Source: a virus | Length of the DNA: 64,000 nt | IMG/VR virus record: IMGVR_UViG_3300035670_000026 | Span: 32,001 to 96,000 of that record | Reading direction: 5' to 3' (one strand) | In this document: piece after piece, positions 17,457 through 27,860 of the stretch | Layout: every line of letters starts with the position of its first letter | How positions within the stretch are numbered: position 1 is the first letter of the stretch | Position numbers and translations under genes: made by a program | Notes under the pieces: model-generated | What the model saw: the letters and a program-made list of their open reading frames with translations, nothing else | Told to the model about the DNA's origin: nothing | Databases searched by the model: none

Positions 17457-19021
17457 GCCAACCCGATTTAAGAAACATAATTCGTGAAGAATATTTAAAG
17501 TGTGCCCAAGATCCGGCTCACTTTATGAAAAAATACTGTCACATTCAACATCCTCAACGTGGCCGAGTATTATTTAATCTATATCCATTCCAAGAAAAAA
17601 CATTACGTTTATTTAGAGATAATCCATATTCAATTGTATTAAAATCTCGTCAATTAGGTATATCAACATTAGCTGCAGGTTATTCTTTATGGTTAATGTT
17701 GTTTCATAAAGATAAAAACGTACTTTGTATTGCAACTAAGCAAGAAACTGCTAAAAACATGGTTACAAAGGTTAAGTTTATGTTTGATAACTTACCTTCT
17801 TGGCTTAAAATCTCAGCAGACGAACATAATAAATTAACATTAAGACTAAGTAACGGATCACAAATCAAAGCTACCTCAGCAAGTAGTGATGCTGGTCGAT
17901 CAGAAGCAGTATCTTTACTAATTGTCGATGAGGCAGCGTTTATTGAACAAATTGGTGAGATTTGGGCTTCAGCTCAACAAACACTAGCAACTGGTGGTGG
18001 AGCAATAGTACTTTCAACTCCATATGGAACTGGAAACTGGTTTCATAAGACATGGGTATCAGCAGAATCAGCAGAAAATGATTTTTTACCTATCAAGTTA
18101 CCTTGGTATGTACACCCTGAAAGAGATGAATCTTGGAGAAAAAGACAAGATGAATTACTTGGTGACCCTAGATTAGCAGCACAAGAATGTGATTGTGATT
18201 TTAGTACATCTGGTGATGTAGTATTTTACCCTGAATGGGTTGAATTTTTAAAACAAACAACAATTAAAGATCCATTAGAGCGAAGAGGTACTGATCAAAA
18301 TTTATGGGTATGGGAACCAGCAGACTATACACGTGAATATATAGTAGTAGCTGACGTAGCCAGAGGTGATGGTAAAGACTCTTCCGCTTGTCATGTAATT
18401 GATATAGCAACTAATACACAAGTTGCTGAGTATAAAGGACAGCTTTCACCTAAAGAATATGGTTATTTTTTAGTAGGTTTAGCTTCCGAATATAATAATG
18501 CAATGCTAGTAGTAGAAAATGCCTCAATTGGTTGGGCAACACTAGATGCTATTATTGAAAGAAATTATCGTAACCTTTACCATTCACCAAAATCTGATCA
18601 ATTAACCGCAGATTCCTATTTAAGGGTATTTGAAGGAAATTCAGATATGACTCCTGGTTTTACAATGTCTTTGAGAACAAGACCATTAGTTATAAATAAA
18701 TTTAGAGAGTATGTTGGTGATCGTTCTGTAACAATTCGTTCAAAAAGATTGTTAGAAGAAATGAAAGTGTTTATTTGGAAAAACGGACGACCAGAAGCAC
18801 AATCAGGTTATAATGATGATTTAGTAATGTCTTTTGGTATAGCAATGTTTTTAAGAGATACTTCACTGAAATTCCAACAACAATCTCATGATATGACTCG
18901 AGCTACACTTGGTAATATGAGTAAAAGTACGTATGTTGGTGCTTACAACCCCAATGCTCCTAAAAATCCATATCAAATAAAAACAGATGGTGGATTTGAG
19001 GATATAAAATGGTTGTTATAA
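17453..19021 (+). CDS. terminase large subunit (T4 gp17-like)
   Basis: LYPFQ Q-motif, KSRQLGIST Walker A, IVDEAAF Walker B, STPYG, ADVARG, DDLVM. Confidence 0.95.
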   Translation: MSQPDLRNIIREEYLKCAQDPAHFMKKYCHIQHPQRGRVLFNLYPFQEKTLRLFRDNPYSIVLKSRQLGISTLAAGYSLWLMLFHKDKNVLCIATKQETAKNMVTKVKFMFDNLPSWLKISADEHNKLTLRLSNGSQIKATSASSDAGRSEAVSLLIVDEAAFIEQIGEIWASAQQTLATGGGAIVLSTPYGTGNWFHKTWVSAESAENDFLPIKLPWYVHPERDESWRKRQDELLGDPRLAAQECDCDFSTSGDVVFYPEWVEFLKQTTIKDPLERRGTDQNLWVWEPADYTREYIVVADVARGDGKDSSACHVIDIATNTQVAEYKGQLSPKEYGYFLVGLASEYNNAMLVVENASIGWATLDAIIERNYRNLYHSPKSDQLTADSYLRVFEGNSDMTPGFTMSLRTRPLVINKFREYVGDRSVTIRSKRLLEEMKVFIWKNGRPEAQSGYNDDLVMSFGIAMFLRDTSLKFQQQSHDMTRATLGNMSKSTYVGAYNPNAPKNPYQIKTDGGFEDIKWLL

Positions 19022-19049
19022 TATTTATACATATATAATTAAATAAAAG

Positions 19050-20948
19050 ATGGCAGATACTAGTTTATTCACCCGATTACAACGACTGTTTTCAACAGAC
19101 GTTATTATTAGAAATGTGGGTGGCAACGAATTAAAAGTAATGGATGTTGATTCAATTCAACGTTCAGGTGATATAGCCACTAATTCATTAATGGATAGAT
19201 ATAATCGCTTATACTCTCCAGCATCAACTTCATTGTTGGGAGCCCAGTTAAATATTAACTGGCAGTATATGAGAACAATGGTATATTCAGATTATGATAA
19301 CATGGATTATGATGCTATTATTGCCTCTGCTCTTGATATTATTTCTGATGAAAGTACCTTAAAGAATGATATGGGAGAGGTACTTCATATTAAATCTAAT
19401 AATGAAGATATTCAACAAGTTTTATACAATTTATTTTATGATGTACTAAACATCGAGTTTAATTTATGGTCTTGGATTCGCCAAATGTGTAAGTACGGAG
19501 ACTTTTTCTTAAAAATGGAAATTGCTGAAAAATTTGGTGTTTATAATGTAATTCCTTATACTGCTTTCCATATTGAAAGACAAGAAAACTACGATAGAGA
19601 ACACCCAAATGCTGTAAGATTTAGATACTCCCCAGAAGGTATTTATGCTGGTGGTTCTGGTTATTATGGTGTTCCTAATACTTTTGATAGAGATAAAGAA
19701 AATGGCATTTATTTTGATAATTATGAAATGGCTCATTTTAGATTATTAACTGATGTTAATTATCTCCCTTATGGTCGTTCATATCTGGAACCCGCTCGTC
19801 GTATTTTTAAACAATATGCTTTAATGGAAGATGCTATGTTAATTCATAGAATTTCTCGTAGTCCAGACCGTCGTATTTTTTATATTAATGTTGGTTCTAT
19901 TCCCCCAAACGAGGTAGAAAATTTCATGCAGAAGACAATTTCTACAATGAAACGTACTCCATTAATGGATAGTCAAACTGGTGAATATAATCTAAAATAT
20001 AATCAACAAAACTTATTAGAAGATTTTTACATTCCTATTCGTGGAAATGACACATCAACTAAAATCGAAACTACTCCAGGTTTACAATATGATGGTATTC
20101 AAGATGTTACTTATTTAAGAGATAAATTATTTGCTGCCCTTAAGGTGCCTAAAGCATTTATGGGTTATGAAAAAGATTTAACTGGTAAAGCAACATTAGC
20201 GGCCGAAGATATTCGTTTTGCTCGCACAATTGACCGTATACAACGCATTGTCCTATCAGAATTATATAAGATCGCATTAGTTCACTTATATTCGCAAGGT
20301 TACACTGGAGAAGAATTAACTAATTTTGAATTAGATTTAACAGGTCCTTCAATCATCTATGATCAGGAAAAAATTGCATTGTTAACTCAAAAAGTAGATT
20401 TAGCTCAAAAGATTATGGAAACTAAATTGTTACCAACAGACTGGATTTACGATAATATTTTCAATTTCAGCCAAGATGAATTTGATGAATACAGAGATTT
20501 ATTAGCTGAAGACCAAAAACGTGCTTTTAGATACAAACAATTAGAAGAAGAAGGTAATGATCCTAAAGTAACAGGTCGTTCATATGGTACACCACATGAT
20601 TTAGCATCTTTATATGGTAAAGGAAGAATGTATTCTGAACCAGAAAACGTTCCTGTAGGATATGGGGATGATTTGAAAATGGGTCGTCCTGAAGAAAAAT
20701 CTACTAACCGTAATACTCAAAATGATAATTTTGGCAAAGACAGATTAGGTGCAAGAGGAATGAAAAAAGATGATAATGAATCAGATTCAATCCGCCCTCA
20801 ATATAAAGGTGATTCACCTTTAGCACTTGAAGCAAAGCAAGTTTATCTTAAAAATAAAACATTAATTGAAAATGTCGTAAAGAAAATTTCATTTAATGAA
20901 GATAAACCGAAAGATTCATTGTTAGATGAAAGTCAAATAAGGGAGTAA
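19050..20948 (+). CDS. portal protein (T4 gp20-like)
   Basis: MEDAMLIHRISRSPDRRIFYINVG, EDFYIP, YLRDKLFAALKVP. Confidence 0.95.
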   Translation: MADTSLFTRLQRLFSTDVIIRNVGGNELKVMDVDSIQRSGDIATNSLMDRYNRLYSPASTSLLGAQLNINWQYMRTMVYSDYDNMDYDAIIASALDIISDESTLKNDMGEVLHIKSNNEDIQQVLYNLFYDVLNIEFNLWSWIRQMCKYGDFFLKMEIAEKFGVYNVIPYTAFHIERQENYDREHPNAVRFRYSPEGIYAGGSGYYGVPNTFDRDKENGIYFDNYEMAHFRLLTDVNYLPYGRSYLEPARRIFKQYALMEDAMLIHRISRSPDRRIFYINVGSIPPNEVENFMQKTISTMKRTPLMDSQTGEYNLKYNQQNLLEDFYIPIRGNDTSTKIETTPGLQYDGIQDVTYLRDKLFAALKVPKAFMGYEKDLTGKATLAAEDIRFARTIDRIQRIVLSELYKIALVHLYSQGYTGEELTNFELDLTGPSIIYDQEKIALLTQKVDLAQKIMETKLLPTDWIYDNIFNFSQDEFDEYRDLLAEDQKRAFRYKQLEEEGNDPKVTGRSYGTPHDLASLYGKGRMYSEPENVPVGYGDDLKMGRPEEKSTNRNTQNDNFGKDRLGARGMKKDDNESDSIRPQYKGDSPLALEAKQVYLKNKTLIENVVKKISFNEDKPKDSLLDESQIRE

Positions 20949-20982
20949 GAATCTCTATATATTTATAATAAAACCTATAGGA

Positions 20983-21840
20983 ATGAATATTAAACATTCT
21001 AAGTATAAGAATACTGGAATTCTATTTGAATTGCTTGTTAGACAAATCACTGCTGATACATTGTCTGGCAAGGATTCAAAGGCAACGAGTATTCTAAAAA
21101 AATACTTTGTTAAAACAGAATTAGGAAGAGAATATAAATTATATGAAACTCTATCCAAACATAAAAATTTAACCGAGGGTAAAGCAGAAGTTGTAATCAA
21201 TTCAGTTATCGAATCGTCTAAAAACCTAAATAGAGGTACATTAAAAAGACAAAAATATAACTTAATTAAAGAAATTTCAAATTATTATAATTTAGAAGAG
21301 TTTTTTAAAACTAAATTACCTAATTATAAAATACACGCTGCTTTATATACTTTAGTTGAAATTTATAACAGTGAAAATTTATCTAATCCTGATCAAATTA
21401 TTTCAAACAAAATTGCTATTTTAGAAAGTTTAACAACTAAACAAGTTAATAAGCAAAAAGTTGAAAATGATTTATTAACAGAATTTCAATCATATGATAA
21501 GGATTTACGTATTTTAACCTATAAAGTTTTATTAGAAAAATTTAATGGTAAATACGAATCGCTAAACGATAATCAAAAATCAGTTTTAAAAGAATTTATT
21601 AATTCAGTTGACTCAACTCCAAAATTAAAAGAATTTTACAATACTAAAATTGGAGAAATTAAAGAGGAAATAAATAAGTTAGCCAAAACAGTTACTAATA
21701 AAGCAATTCAAATAAAATTGAATGAAGTAGCTAATTTACTTTCTCCATTAGGTAAAACAGTAAATGTTGGGGATGATGAATTAGTAAATTTGTTACAATA
21801 TTATGCATTATTAGAAGAACTTGTTAAATCAAATGGCTAA
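20983..21840 (+). CDS. head-cluster hypothetical protein
   Basis: Between portal and protease; late motif at 20959. Confidence 0.75.
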   Translation: MNIKHSKYKNTGILFELLVRQITADTLSGKDSKATSILKKYFVKTELGREYKLYETLSKHKNLTEGKAEVVINSVIESSKNLNRGTLKRQKYNLIKEISNYYNLEEFFKTKLPNYKIHAALYTLVEIYNSENLSNPDQIISNKIAILESLTTKQVNKQKVENDLLTEFQSYDKDLRILTYKVLLEKFNGKYESLNDNQKSVLKEFINSVDSTPKLKEFYNTKIGEIKEEINKLAKTVTNKAIQIKLNEVANLLSPLGKTVNVGDDELVNLLQYYALLEELVKSNG

Positions 21841-22687
21841 TTTTAAATACAAATTAAAAGAACTAGAAGTTGGTGATGTAGAATATGGTAAAGGTACCAA
21901 ATCTACAGTTACTGATATTGATCCTGAAACAGGTAGAATTACATGGAATATTGAAGATGCTCCTGATTTTAGTTCTGTATTTAAAAATTTAAAGAAAGCT
22001 AAAGAATTTATGGATACTTTAGCTCGCAGTAAAGATGTTCGTGGTGATTCAACAATGTTAAAAATCCAACAAGATTTAACTAAAATATTTAATGAATTAC
22101 GCACTCATGTAAGAAAAAATTATCCTGATGAATATACTAGGATTAAAATGATAGCAGAAGATAATACTATTGCTTCTAATTCAGGATTTATTTCAGGTGG
22201 AGAAGGTGAAAATCATACAGGTCCTTCCCCTCGTAAATCAACATATGGAGCTTATACACAAGCTGGATATAAAAAAGTAAATGAAGGTCCGGGCGCAACA
22301 TTAGGTCCTGGTCCTAAAGCAGGTCCTGAAGGTGTAACAGATAATGTTTATGTTAAAGACTTTAAATACAAATTAGTTAATCAAAAAGAACTAAATAAAA
22401 AAGCTAAAGGTATTGAAGTTAAACGAGTAATGGAAGTAACAGATATTGAAAATTTCCTTAATGATATAAACATTACAGACCCTGATAAAAGAAAATTTAT
22501 CATAGATAGATTAGAAGGATTTGATACATTAGAAGAAAAATTAAATGCTTTAATCCCTTTACTACAATCAGCAAAACATGAAACTATGGATTATTACAGA
22601 GCAAATCCAAATTCATTTGCTGTAGTATACGGAACAGATTTAGCAAATGATTATTTAAACGATTTAATAGATTTATTTAAAAAATAA
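21833..22687 (+). CDS. modular putative prohead core/internal protein
   Basis: Start at ATG 21833 (MANFKYKLKE); IAE, VNE, VME sites. Confidence 0.65.
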   Translation: MANFKYKLKELEVGDVEYGKGTKSTVTDIDPETGRITWNIEDAPDFSSVFKNLKKAKEFMDTLARSKDVRGDSTMLKIQQDLTKIFNELRTHVRKNYPDEYTRIKMIAEDNTIASNSGFISGGEGENHTGPSPRKSTYGAYTQAGYKKVNEGPGATLGPGPKAGPEGVTDNVYVKDFKYKLVNQKELNKKAKGIEVKRVMEVTDIENFLNDINITDPDKRKFIIDRLEGFDTLEEKLNALIPLLQSAKHETMDYYRANPNSFAVVYGTDLANDYLNDLIDLFKK

Positions 22688-22694
22688 TAATAAT

Positions 22695-22922
22695 ATGGCA
22701 AATATACCAGCAAACGCACTTGGAGTAGTAACCACAACATCTGTAACAGGCAGTTTTGCCGGTTTTACAGTAGTATCAGGTTCAGCTACTATTACAGGTT
22801 TAAAAGATGCTAATAATGTAGAATTAGCAGCTACAGATTGGGTTATACCAGCAGGATTTACTATCCCTATCTATGTAACTAGCGCTTCTCTTTCATCAGG
22901 AGCAATAATGCTTTACCCTTAA
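22695..22922 (+). CDS. small beta-rich virion protein (possible decoration protein)
   Basis: VTGSF, VSGSA, TSASL motifs; position in the head cluster. Confidence 0.6.
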   Translation: MANIPANALGVVTTTSVTGSFAGFTVVSGSATITGLKDANNVELAATDWVIPAGFTIPIYVTSASLSSGAIMLYP

Positions 22923-22934
22923 TATTTATAACAA

Positions 22935-23543
22935 ATGAAAACACTACAACAAGAATATCAACTTATAAAAGAGGGAAAAGGTAATAAAGACCATTTCCTT
23001 AAAATGGCTAGAAATATGTTTCCTGAATATATTGCTCATGGAAATGATTTTAATGCTGCTGTATCTATTTTAAAAAGTAAAAGTCTTTTAAGTGAAGCAG
23101 TAGGTGGTGTAGTAACTTTATCAACTCAACCTAACTGGTTTAAAATCTTTAATGATAATATTGCTGAAGCAGTAGGTGTTAAAGATAAAAAAGAGTATGG
23201 TGATCAAAATACATTTGAAAAAATTGATAAAGATGTAGCTAAAGATTTAGCAAATCAATTTGATAATAATAACCCTAAAAATATTGATAACCTTTATGGT
23301 CAATCATTTTTATTAGGTTATTTAACAGAAATGGGTGATCCTAAAAATGCTAAAAAAACAGTTGATGAATTAAAAGATATTGTAGCTAAAAACATGGCTA
23401 AAGATATCAATTACTACCATACAAATGCTTCATTCGGTGTTAAAGGAATTGGATACACTAAAGATTCAGTTGGAATGGGTGAACCTAAAGCACTAAAAGG
23501 AAAATATAAATCAAGTGGCTACGGCGATTTAGATAAAAAATAA
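22935..23543 (+). CDS. putative prohead core/internal protein
   Basis: Leader MKTLQQEYQLIKE resembles the T4 capsid-targeting sequence; LSE, IAE sites. Confidence 0.65.
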   Translation: MKTLQQEYQLIKEGKGNKDHFLKMARNMFPEYIAHGNDFNAAVSILKSKSLLSEAVGGVVTLSTQPNWFKIFNDNIAEAVGVKDKKEYGDQNTFEKIDKDVAKDLANQFDNNNPKNIDNLYGQSFLLGYLTEMGDPKNAKKTVDELKDIVAKNMAKDINYYHTNASFGVKGIGYTKDSVGMGEPKALKGKYKSSGYGDLDKK

Positions 23544-23546
23544 TTC

Positions 23547-24152
23547 ATGAAACAAGTATTAATTGAAACAATTCCGTTTTCAGTTGCTCCCATACAACTA
23601 ACTGAAGGTTTAAAAGCACCTTCTGGTAATCCTTTAGTTGAAGGAATACTTGCTACAGCTGAAGTTAAAAACGGAAACGGAAGATATTATCCTAGAGAAT
23701 TATGGGATAGAGAAATTAGTAAGTATACTGAAATTGTTAAAGAAAATAGAGCAACAGGTGAATTAGATCACCCTGATTCTTCAATTATTAACCTTAAAAA
23801 CGTATCACATATTATTAGAGATATTTGGTGGGACGGAGATAAGGTAATGGGTAAGTTAGAAATTTTACCTACCGTTTCTGGTAATATTTTAAAAGCATTA
23901 ATCGAAAACAATGTAACAGTAGGTGTATCATCTCGTGGTATGGGTTCATTAAAACAAATTGGTGAAACCTTAGAAGTACAAGATGATTTTGAATTACTTT
24001 GCTGGGATTTTGTTTCAACTCCTTCTAATCCAGGTTCATATATGCATTTGGTAAAAGAAGGTAAAGAATATATTGAAAAAGACGATTTTGCAAAAGTAAA
24101 TTCTATATTAACAGAAATACTTTGCGCTAATGGGACTTGTCCCGTTTTCTAA
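23547..24152 (+). CDS. prohead core protein protease (T4 gp21-like)
   Basis: NGNGRYY, GELDHP, VSH, GVSSRGMGS, DFVSTPS. Confidence 0.95.
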   Translation: MKQVLIETIPFSVAPIQLTEGLKAPSGNPLVEGILATAEVKNGNGRYYPRELWDREISKYTEIVKENRATGELDHPDSSIINLKNVSHIIRDIWWDGDKVMGKLEILPTVSGNILKALIENNVTVGVSSRGMGSLKQIGETLEVQDDFELLCWDFVSTPSNPGSYMHLVKEGKEYIEKDDFAKVNSILTEILCANGTCPVF

Positions 24153-24183
24153 GACGCCTGCTACCTTAGGCATTTTAAACCGT

Positions 24184-24226
24184 ACCCGTAAGCATACCAT
24201 AAGAACTGCTTGCGGGTCTTTTTTTT
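24184..24226 (+). terminator. intrinsic terminator-like hairpin
   Basis: ACCCGTAAGCA-N12-TGCTTGCGGGT followed by CTTTTTTTT. Confidence 0.7.
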
Positions 24227-24374
24227 CCACAATAGGCGACTTTAAAAAATTTTCATATATGTATATTCGTAATATGCGATTTTCTTATATCGCATCACGC
24301 TAATAAATTTTATTACGCTTCGACAATCGTCACTAATAAGCGTATTTCCAACATTTAATTTGAGGACAAAAAGT

Positions 24375-25535
24375 ATGAACAGAGATCTGCTAAAAGAAGC
24401 AATCGCTGATGCAAAAGCTGTTAAAGAAACTGCTATTGCAAATGCAAAAGCTGCTTTGGAAGAAGCGTTTACTCCCTATTTGAAAGAAAAGTTAGCTGCA
24501 AAGTTAGCTGAAATGGATGATATGGAAGAAGCCGAAATCGAAGAAGCTAAAAAAGAAGAGAAAGACATGAAGGAAGGTTACGACATGGACGAATCTTATG
24601 AAATGGAAGAAGCCAATGACAAAAAAGGGTACGAAGGCCAAATGGGCAAGAAAAAATTAGGTACCAAAGAAATGTCAGAAGCTAATGAAATGGAAGAAGG
24701 TAAAGACCTTGACGAAATGGACCTTGATGAACTTCTTAGAGAACTTGATGATATGGAAGAAGGAAAAAAAGAAGACGTAATGGAAGGTGAAGATGACCTC
24801 ATCAACGATCCCAAAGGACCTACAGCACATGGTAATGTTGCTGAAGAGGAAGAAATGGAAATGGGTGAAGAAGATGAAGAAATCGATCTTGAAAATATGT
24901 CTGAAGATGACCTAAAATCATTCATCGAATCAGTAATCGCTGATATGGTAGCCGCTGGGGAACTAGAAGGCGAAGTTAAAGGCGAAGAAGGTGAAGAAGA
25001 AGAAGTTGAAGCTTCTGAAGAAGAAGAAGTAAACATTGACGAATTGGTAGCCGAGTTAGAGGAAAGAAAAAAGTACGGTGGTAATAAAGGAGACGTTCCT
25101 GCTGCTAAACGTGGTGACAAAAAAGACACTGCTGAAGAAGAAGGCGTTGAAGACTACAAGAAAAAAGTTAAAGAAATGAAACATGAACTTGAAGAAGCTT
25201 ATGCCGCTCTTGAAACTGTAAAATCTGACCTTAATGAAGTTAATTTGTTAAATGCTAAATTACTTTACACTAACAAAATCTTTAGAGCTAAAAACTTAAC
25301 TGAATCACAGAAAGTAAAAGTATTGGAAGCTTTTGATAAAGCAACCACAGTAAAAGAAACTAAATTAGTCTACGAAACATTATCAGGTGAAGTTAAAACA
25401 ACTAAATCTCCGGTAACTGAATCTATGATTGGTGGTGCTTCTAAAGCTGCAGGTGTTGCTCTAACAAAGAAACCAATTCTAGAAGTTAACGATCAATTTG
25501 CTAGATGGCAAACGTTAGCCGGTATTAAAAAATAA
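24375..25535 (+). CDS. prohead core scaffold protein (T4 gp22-like)
   Basis: Acidic coiled-coil protein between protease and capsid; many xxE sites; C-terminal WQTLAGI. Confidence 0.85.
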   Translation: MNRDLLKEAIADAKAVKETAIANAKAALEEAFTPYLKEKLAAKLAEMDDMEEAEIEEAKKEEKDMKEGYDMDESYEMEEANDKKGYEGQMGKKKLGTKEMSEANEMEEGKDLDEMDLDELLRELDDMEEGKKEDVMEGEDDLINDPKGPTAHGNVAEEEEMEMGEEDEEIDLENMSEDDLKSFIESVIADMVAAGELEGEVKGEEGEEEEVEASEEEEVNIDELVAELEERKKYGGNKGDVPAAKRGDKKDTAEEEGVEDYKKKVKEMKHELEEAYAALETVKSDLNEVNLLNAKLLYTNKIFRAKNLTESQKVKVLEAFDKATTVKETKLVYETLSGEVKTTKSPVTESMIGGASKAAGVALTKKPILEVNDQFARWQTLAGIKK

Positions 25536-25569
25536 TTTAAACCAAATTTAAAAAACAAAAACAAAAAAA

Positions 25570-27330
25570 ATGTCACAAGTACAACAATTACTCGAAAGCG
25601 CAGCTGGCTCATGGAAGTCACTTCAGAGCGACGCTGCAAGATTATCTGGAAAGTGGACCAAAACAGGTCTTCTTGAAGGTCTTGGCGAGGTTGAAAAAAA
25701 TAACATGTCTATCTTGTTAGAAAACCAAGCTAAACAATTAGTAACTGAAAATAATACTATCTCTTCTAACTCATCATTCGTTTCTAACGGACAAGGTGAG
25801 AACTGGGCTGGTATTGCTCTTCCTTTGGTACGTAAAGTATTCGGTACTATCGTAGCAAAAGAATTCGTTTCAGTTCAACCAATGAACATGCCATCAGGTC
25901 TTGTGTTCTTCTTAGATTTCCAATACGGAAACAATAAGACACCATTTACTGCTGGTTCTTCTTTGTATGGTAACAGAAACACTGCTTCTCAATTCCCATT
26001 CTCTACTCCAGCTGCTGAAGGTGGTTTATATGGTGGTCCAGAAGGTCGTTTCACTTACGCTACTAACCAATTCTCAGGTTCAACTACATTAACCGGTTCA
26101 ATCGGTGGTGGTGCTGCTCCAACAGCTGCTGCTGGTGTTGCTGTAGTTACTTCAGCTTCATGGGCTGACTTAAACTTTGATTCTGCTTACTCAGCTTCTG
26201 TTGTTGCTGGTGAAATTTACGAAATCTTAGTTCCTACAGCTTCTACTTTATTACCATCATTTGACCAAGATGCAGTTCGTGGTTTCGTTGGTTCAGGTTC
26301 ACTTGCTAGTGGTATCTTTGCTCCAGCAGGTTTGTTACCAGCATTTACAAACTACAACTACACTAACAACACAATTGCTTTCTATTACACTGCTTCTGCA
26401 GCTGCAACTGCCGCTCAATTGTCAGGTTCAATAACGTTCTTCTACGAAAAAGCTGGTTCACAAGATGGTATTCCTTCCTTCTCAGGTGGTAATAACTTCA
26501 GCGGATCTGGTCGTGGTGATTTCGAAGCTTCAGGTTCTTTCTCAGTACCTAACGCTGCGTCTGCTACTCAAATCGTTATCCCAGAGATCAACGTTAGAAT
26601 GCAATCTCAAGCCATCACTGCTAAAACCAAGAAATTGAAGGCAGTATGGACTCCTGAATTTGCTCAAGACTTGGCTGCTTACCAGAACATCGACGCTGAA
26701 GCTGAATTGACTAACATTATGAGTGAGTACATTTCAATGGAAATTGATTTGGAAATCTTAGACATGTTGATCGAAGATGCTGCTGCTGCTACTGAGTACT
26801 GGTCAGCTATTAACAACCAAGTTTATAGCAACGGTGCTTTTGCTGCTAACTCTTCAGCTTTCTTTAACACTCAAGGTCAGTGGTTCCAAACTTTAGGTAC
26901 TAAAATCCAAAAAGTATCTAACAAGATCCACCAGTTAACTTTGAGAGGTGGTGCTAACTTCTTAGTAACTTCTCCTACAATCGCTACTATCCTTGAGTCA
27001 ATCCCAGGATTTGCTTCTACTAACAACGGTGAAGCTGATCAAATGGAATACGCTTTCGGTGTACAGAAAGTTGGTTCAGTAAATGGTCGTTACAAAGTTT
27101 ACAAAAACCCTTACATGACTGAAAACTTGATCCTTATGGGTTACAGAGGTTCTCAGTTCTTGGAAACTGGTGCTGTATTCGCTCCTTACATTCCGTTGAT
27201 CATGACTCCTCTAGTGTACGATCCTGATACCTTCACTCCACGTAAAGGTTTATTGACTCGTTACGCTAAGAAGATGTTACGTCCTGAATTCTATGGTAAG
27301 ATTTACATCAATGGTTTAAATACCATTTAA
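25570..27330 (+). CDS. major capsid protein (T4 gp23-like) with a Ser/Gly/Ala-rich insertion
   Basis: LPLVRKVF..VSVQPM..PSGLVF, KLKAVWTPEFAQDL, APYIPL, PRKGLLTRYA. Confidence 0.97.
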   Translation: MSQVQQLLESAAGSWKSLQSDAARLSGKWTKTGLLEGLGEVEKNNMSILLENQAKQLVTENNTISSNSSFVSNGQGENWAGIALPLVRKVFGTIVAKEFVSVQPMNMPSGLVFFLDFQYGNNKTPFTAGSSLYGNRNTASQFPFSTPAAEGGLYGGPEGRFTYATNQFSGSTTLTGSIGGGAAPTAAAGVAVVTSASWADLNFDSAYSASVVAGEIYEILVPTASTLLPSFDQDAVRGFVGSGSLASGIFAPAGLLPAFTNYNYTNNTIAFYYTASAAATAAQLSGSITFFYEKAGSQDGIPSFSGGNNFSGSGRGDFEASGSFSVPNAASATQIVIPEINVRMQSQAITAKTKKLKAVWTPEFAQDLAAYQNIDAEAELTNIMSEYISMEIDLEILDMLIEDAAAATEYWSAINNQVYSNGAFAANSSAFFNTQGQWFQTLGTKIQKVSNKIHQLTLRGGANFLVTSPTIATILESIPGFASTNNGEADQMEYAFGVQKVGSVNGRYKVYKNPYMTENLILMGYRGSQFLETGAVFAPYIPLIMTPLVYDPDTFTPRKGLLTRYAKKMLRPEFYGKIYINGLNTI

Positions 27331-27362
27331 TCTAAAGTAGACTAGGATAACTTTTCGAAATG

Positions 27363-27391
27363 AGAACCCCGCGCAAGCGGGGTTCTTTTTT
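27363..27391 (+). terminator. intrinsic terminator after the capsid gene
   Basis: AGAACCCCGC-GCAA-GCGGGGTTCT-TTTTT (GNRA loop). Confidence 0.9.
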
Positions 27392-27405
27392 CATATTTAT
27401 AACAA

Positions 27406-27858
27406 ATGAATAATTTAACAGCATTTAATTATAATCTAAACACTTCAACTTCTGGAGCTGTAGAAGATGGTAACGTATCATATGCTACTGCGTCGTATAT
27501 TGAATCTGGCTCATTTGGATTAACATGGGGATATGAAGTTTGTGCTATTAGTGGTTATACGTTTATAAGCGATTCATATACACAAAATTATTCACCTACA
27601 TCATCTGCTACCCCTATATTTTATGTCACGGCTACTACAAAATCGGTTGATGTTTTAGATACTATAAATAGATTACACGATAGAATCACTCAAACTCCAT
27701 TTACATATATTAATACCGCTTTAAATTGGATTAGTGGTAGCGACAAATATATTACTTTATATACTTGTAGTATTTACGATTACCCAGCAGATTTATTACA
27801 AGAAGACGGAAACTATTTATTACAAGAAGATACATCAAATATTAAGTTAGAATTTTAA
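27406..27858 (+). CDS. hypothetical virion protein
   Basis: Late motif at 27393; C-terminal LLQEDGNYLLQED duplication. Confidence 0.7.
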   Translation: MNNLTAFNYNLNTSTSGAVEDGNVSYATASYIESGSFGLTWGYEVCAISGYTFISDSYTQNYSPTSSATPIFYVTATTKSVDVLDTINRLHDRITQTPFTYINTALNWISGSDKYITLYTCSIYDYPADLLQEDGNYLLQEDTSNIKLEF

Positions 27859-27860
27859 TC

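Noticed and set aside
24153-24374. tRNA in the long intergenic gap
   Set aside because: No T-loop GTTC motif or cloverleaf; the hairpins are better explained as a terminator plus a structured leader.
257-25129. Minus-strand ORFs (e.g. 257-496, 6052-6366, 7012-7299, 24596-25129)
   Set aside because: They lie antisense to well-supported + strand genes, and their Ser/Phe/Leu-rich composition mirrors Glu/Lys codons.
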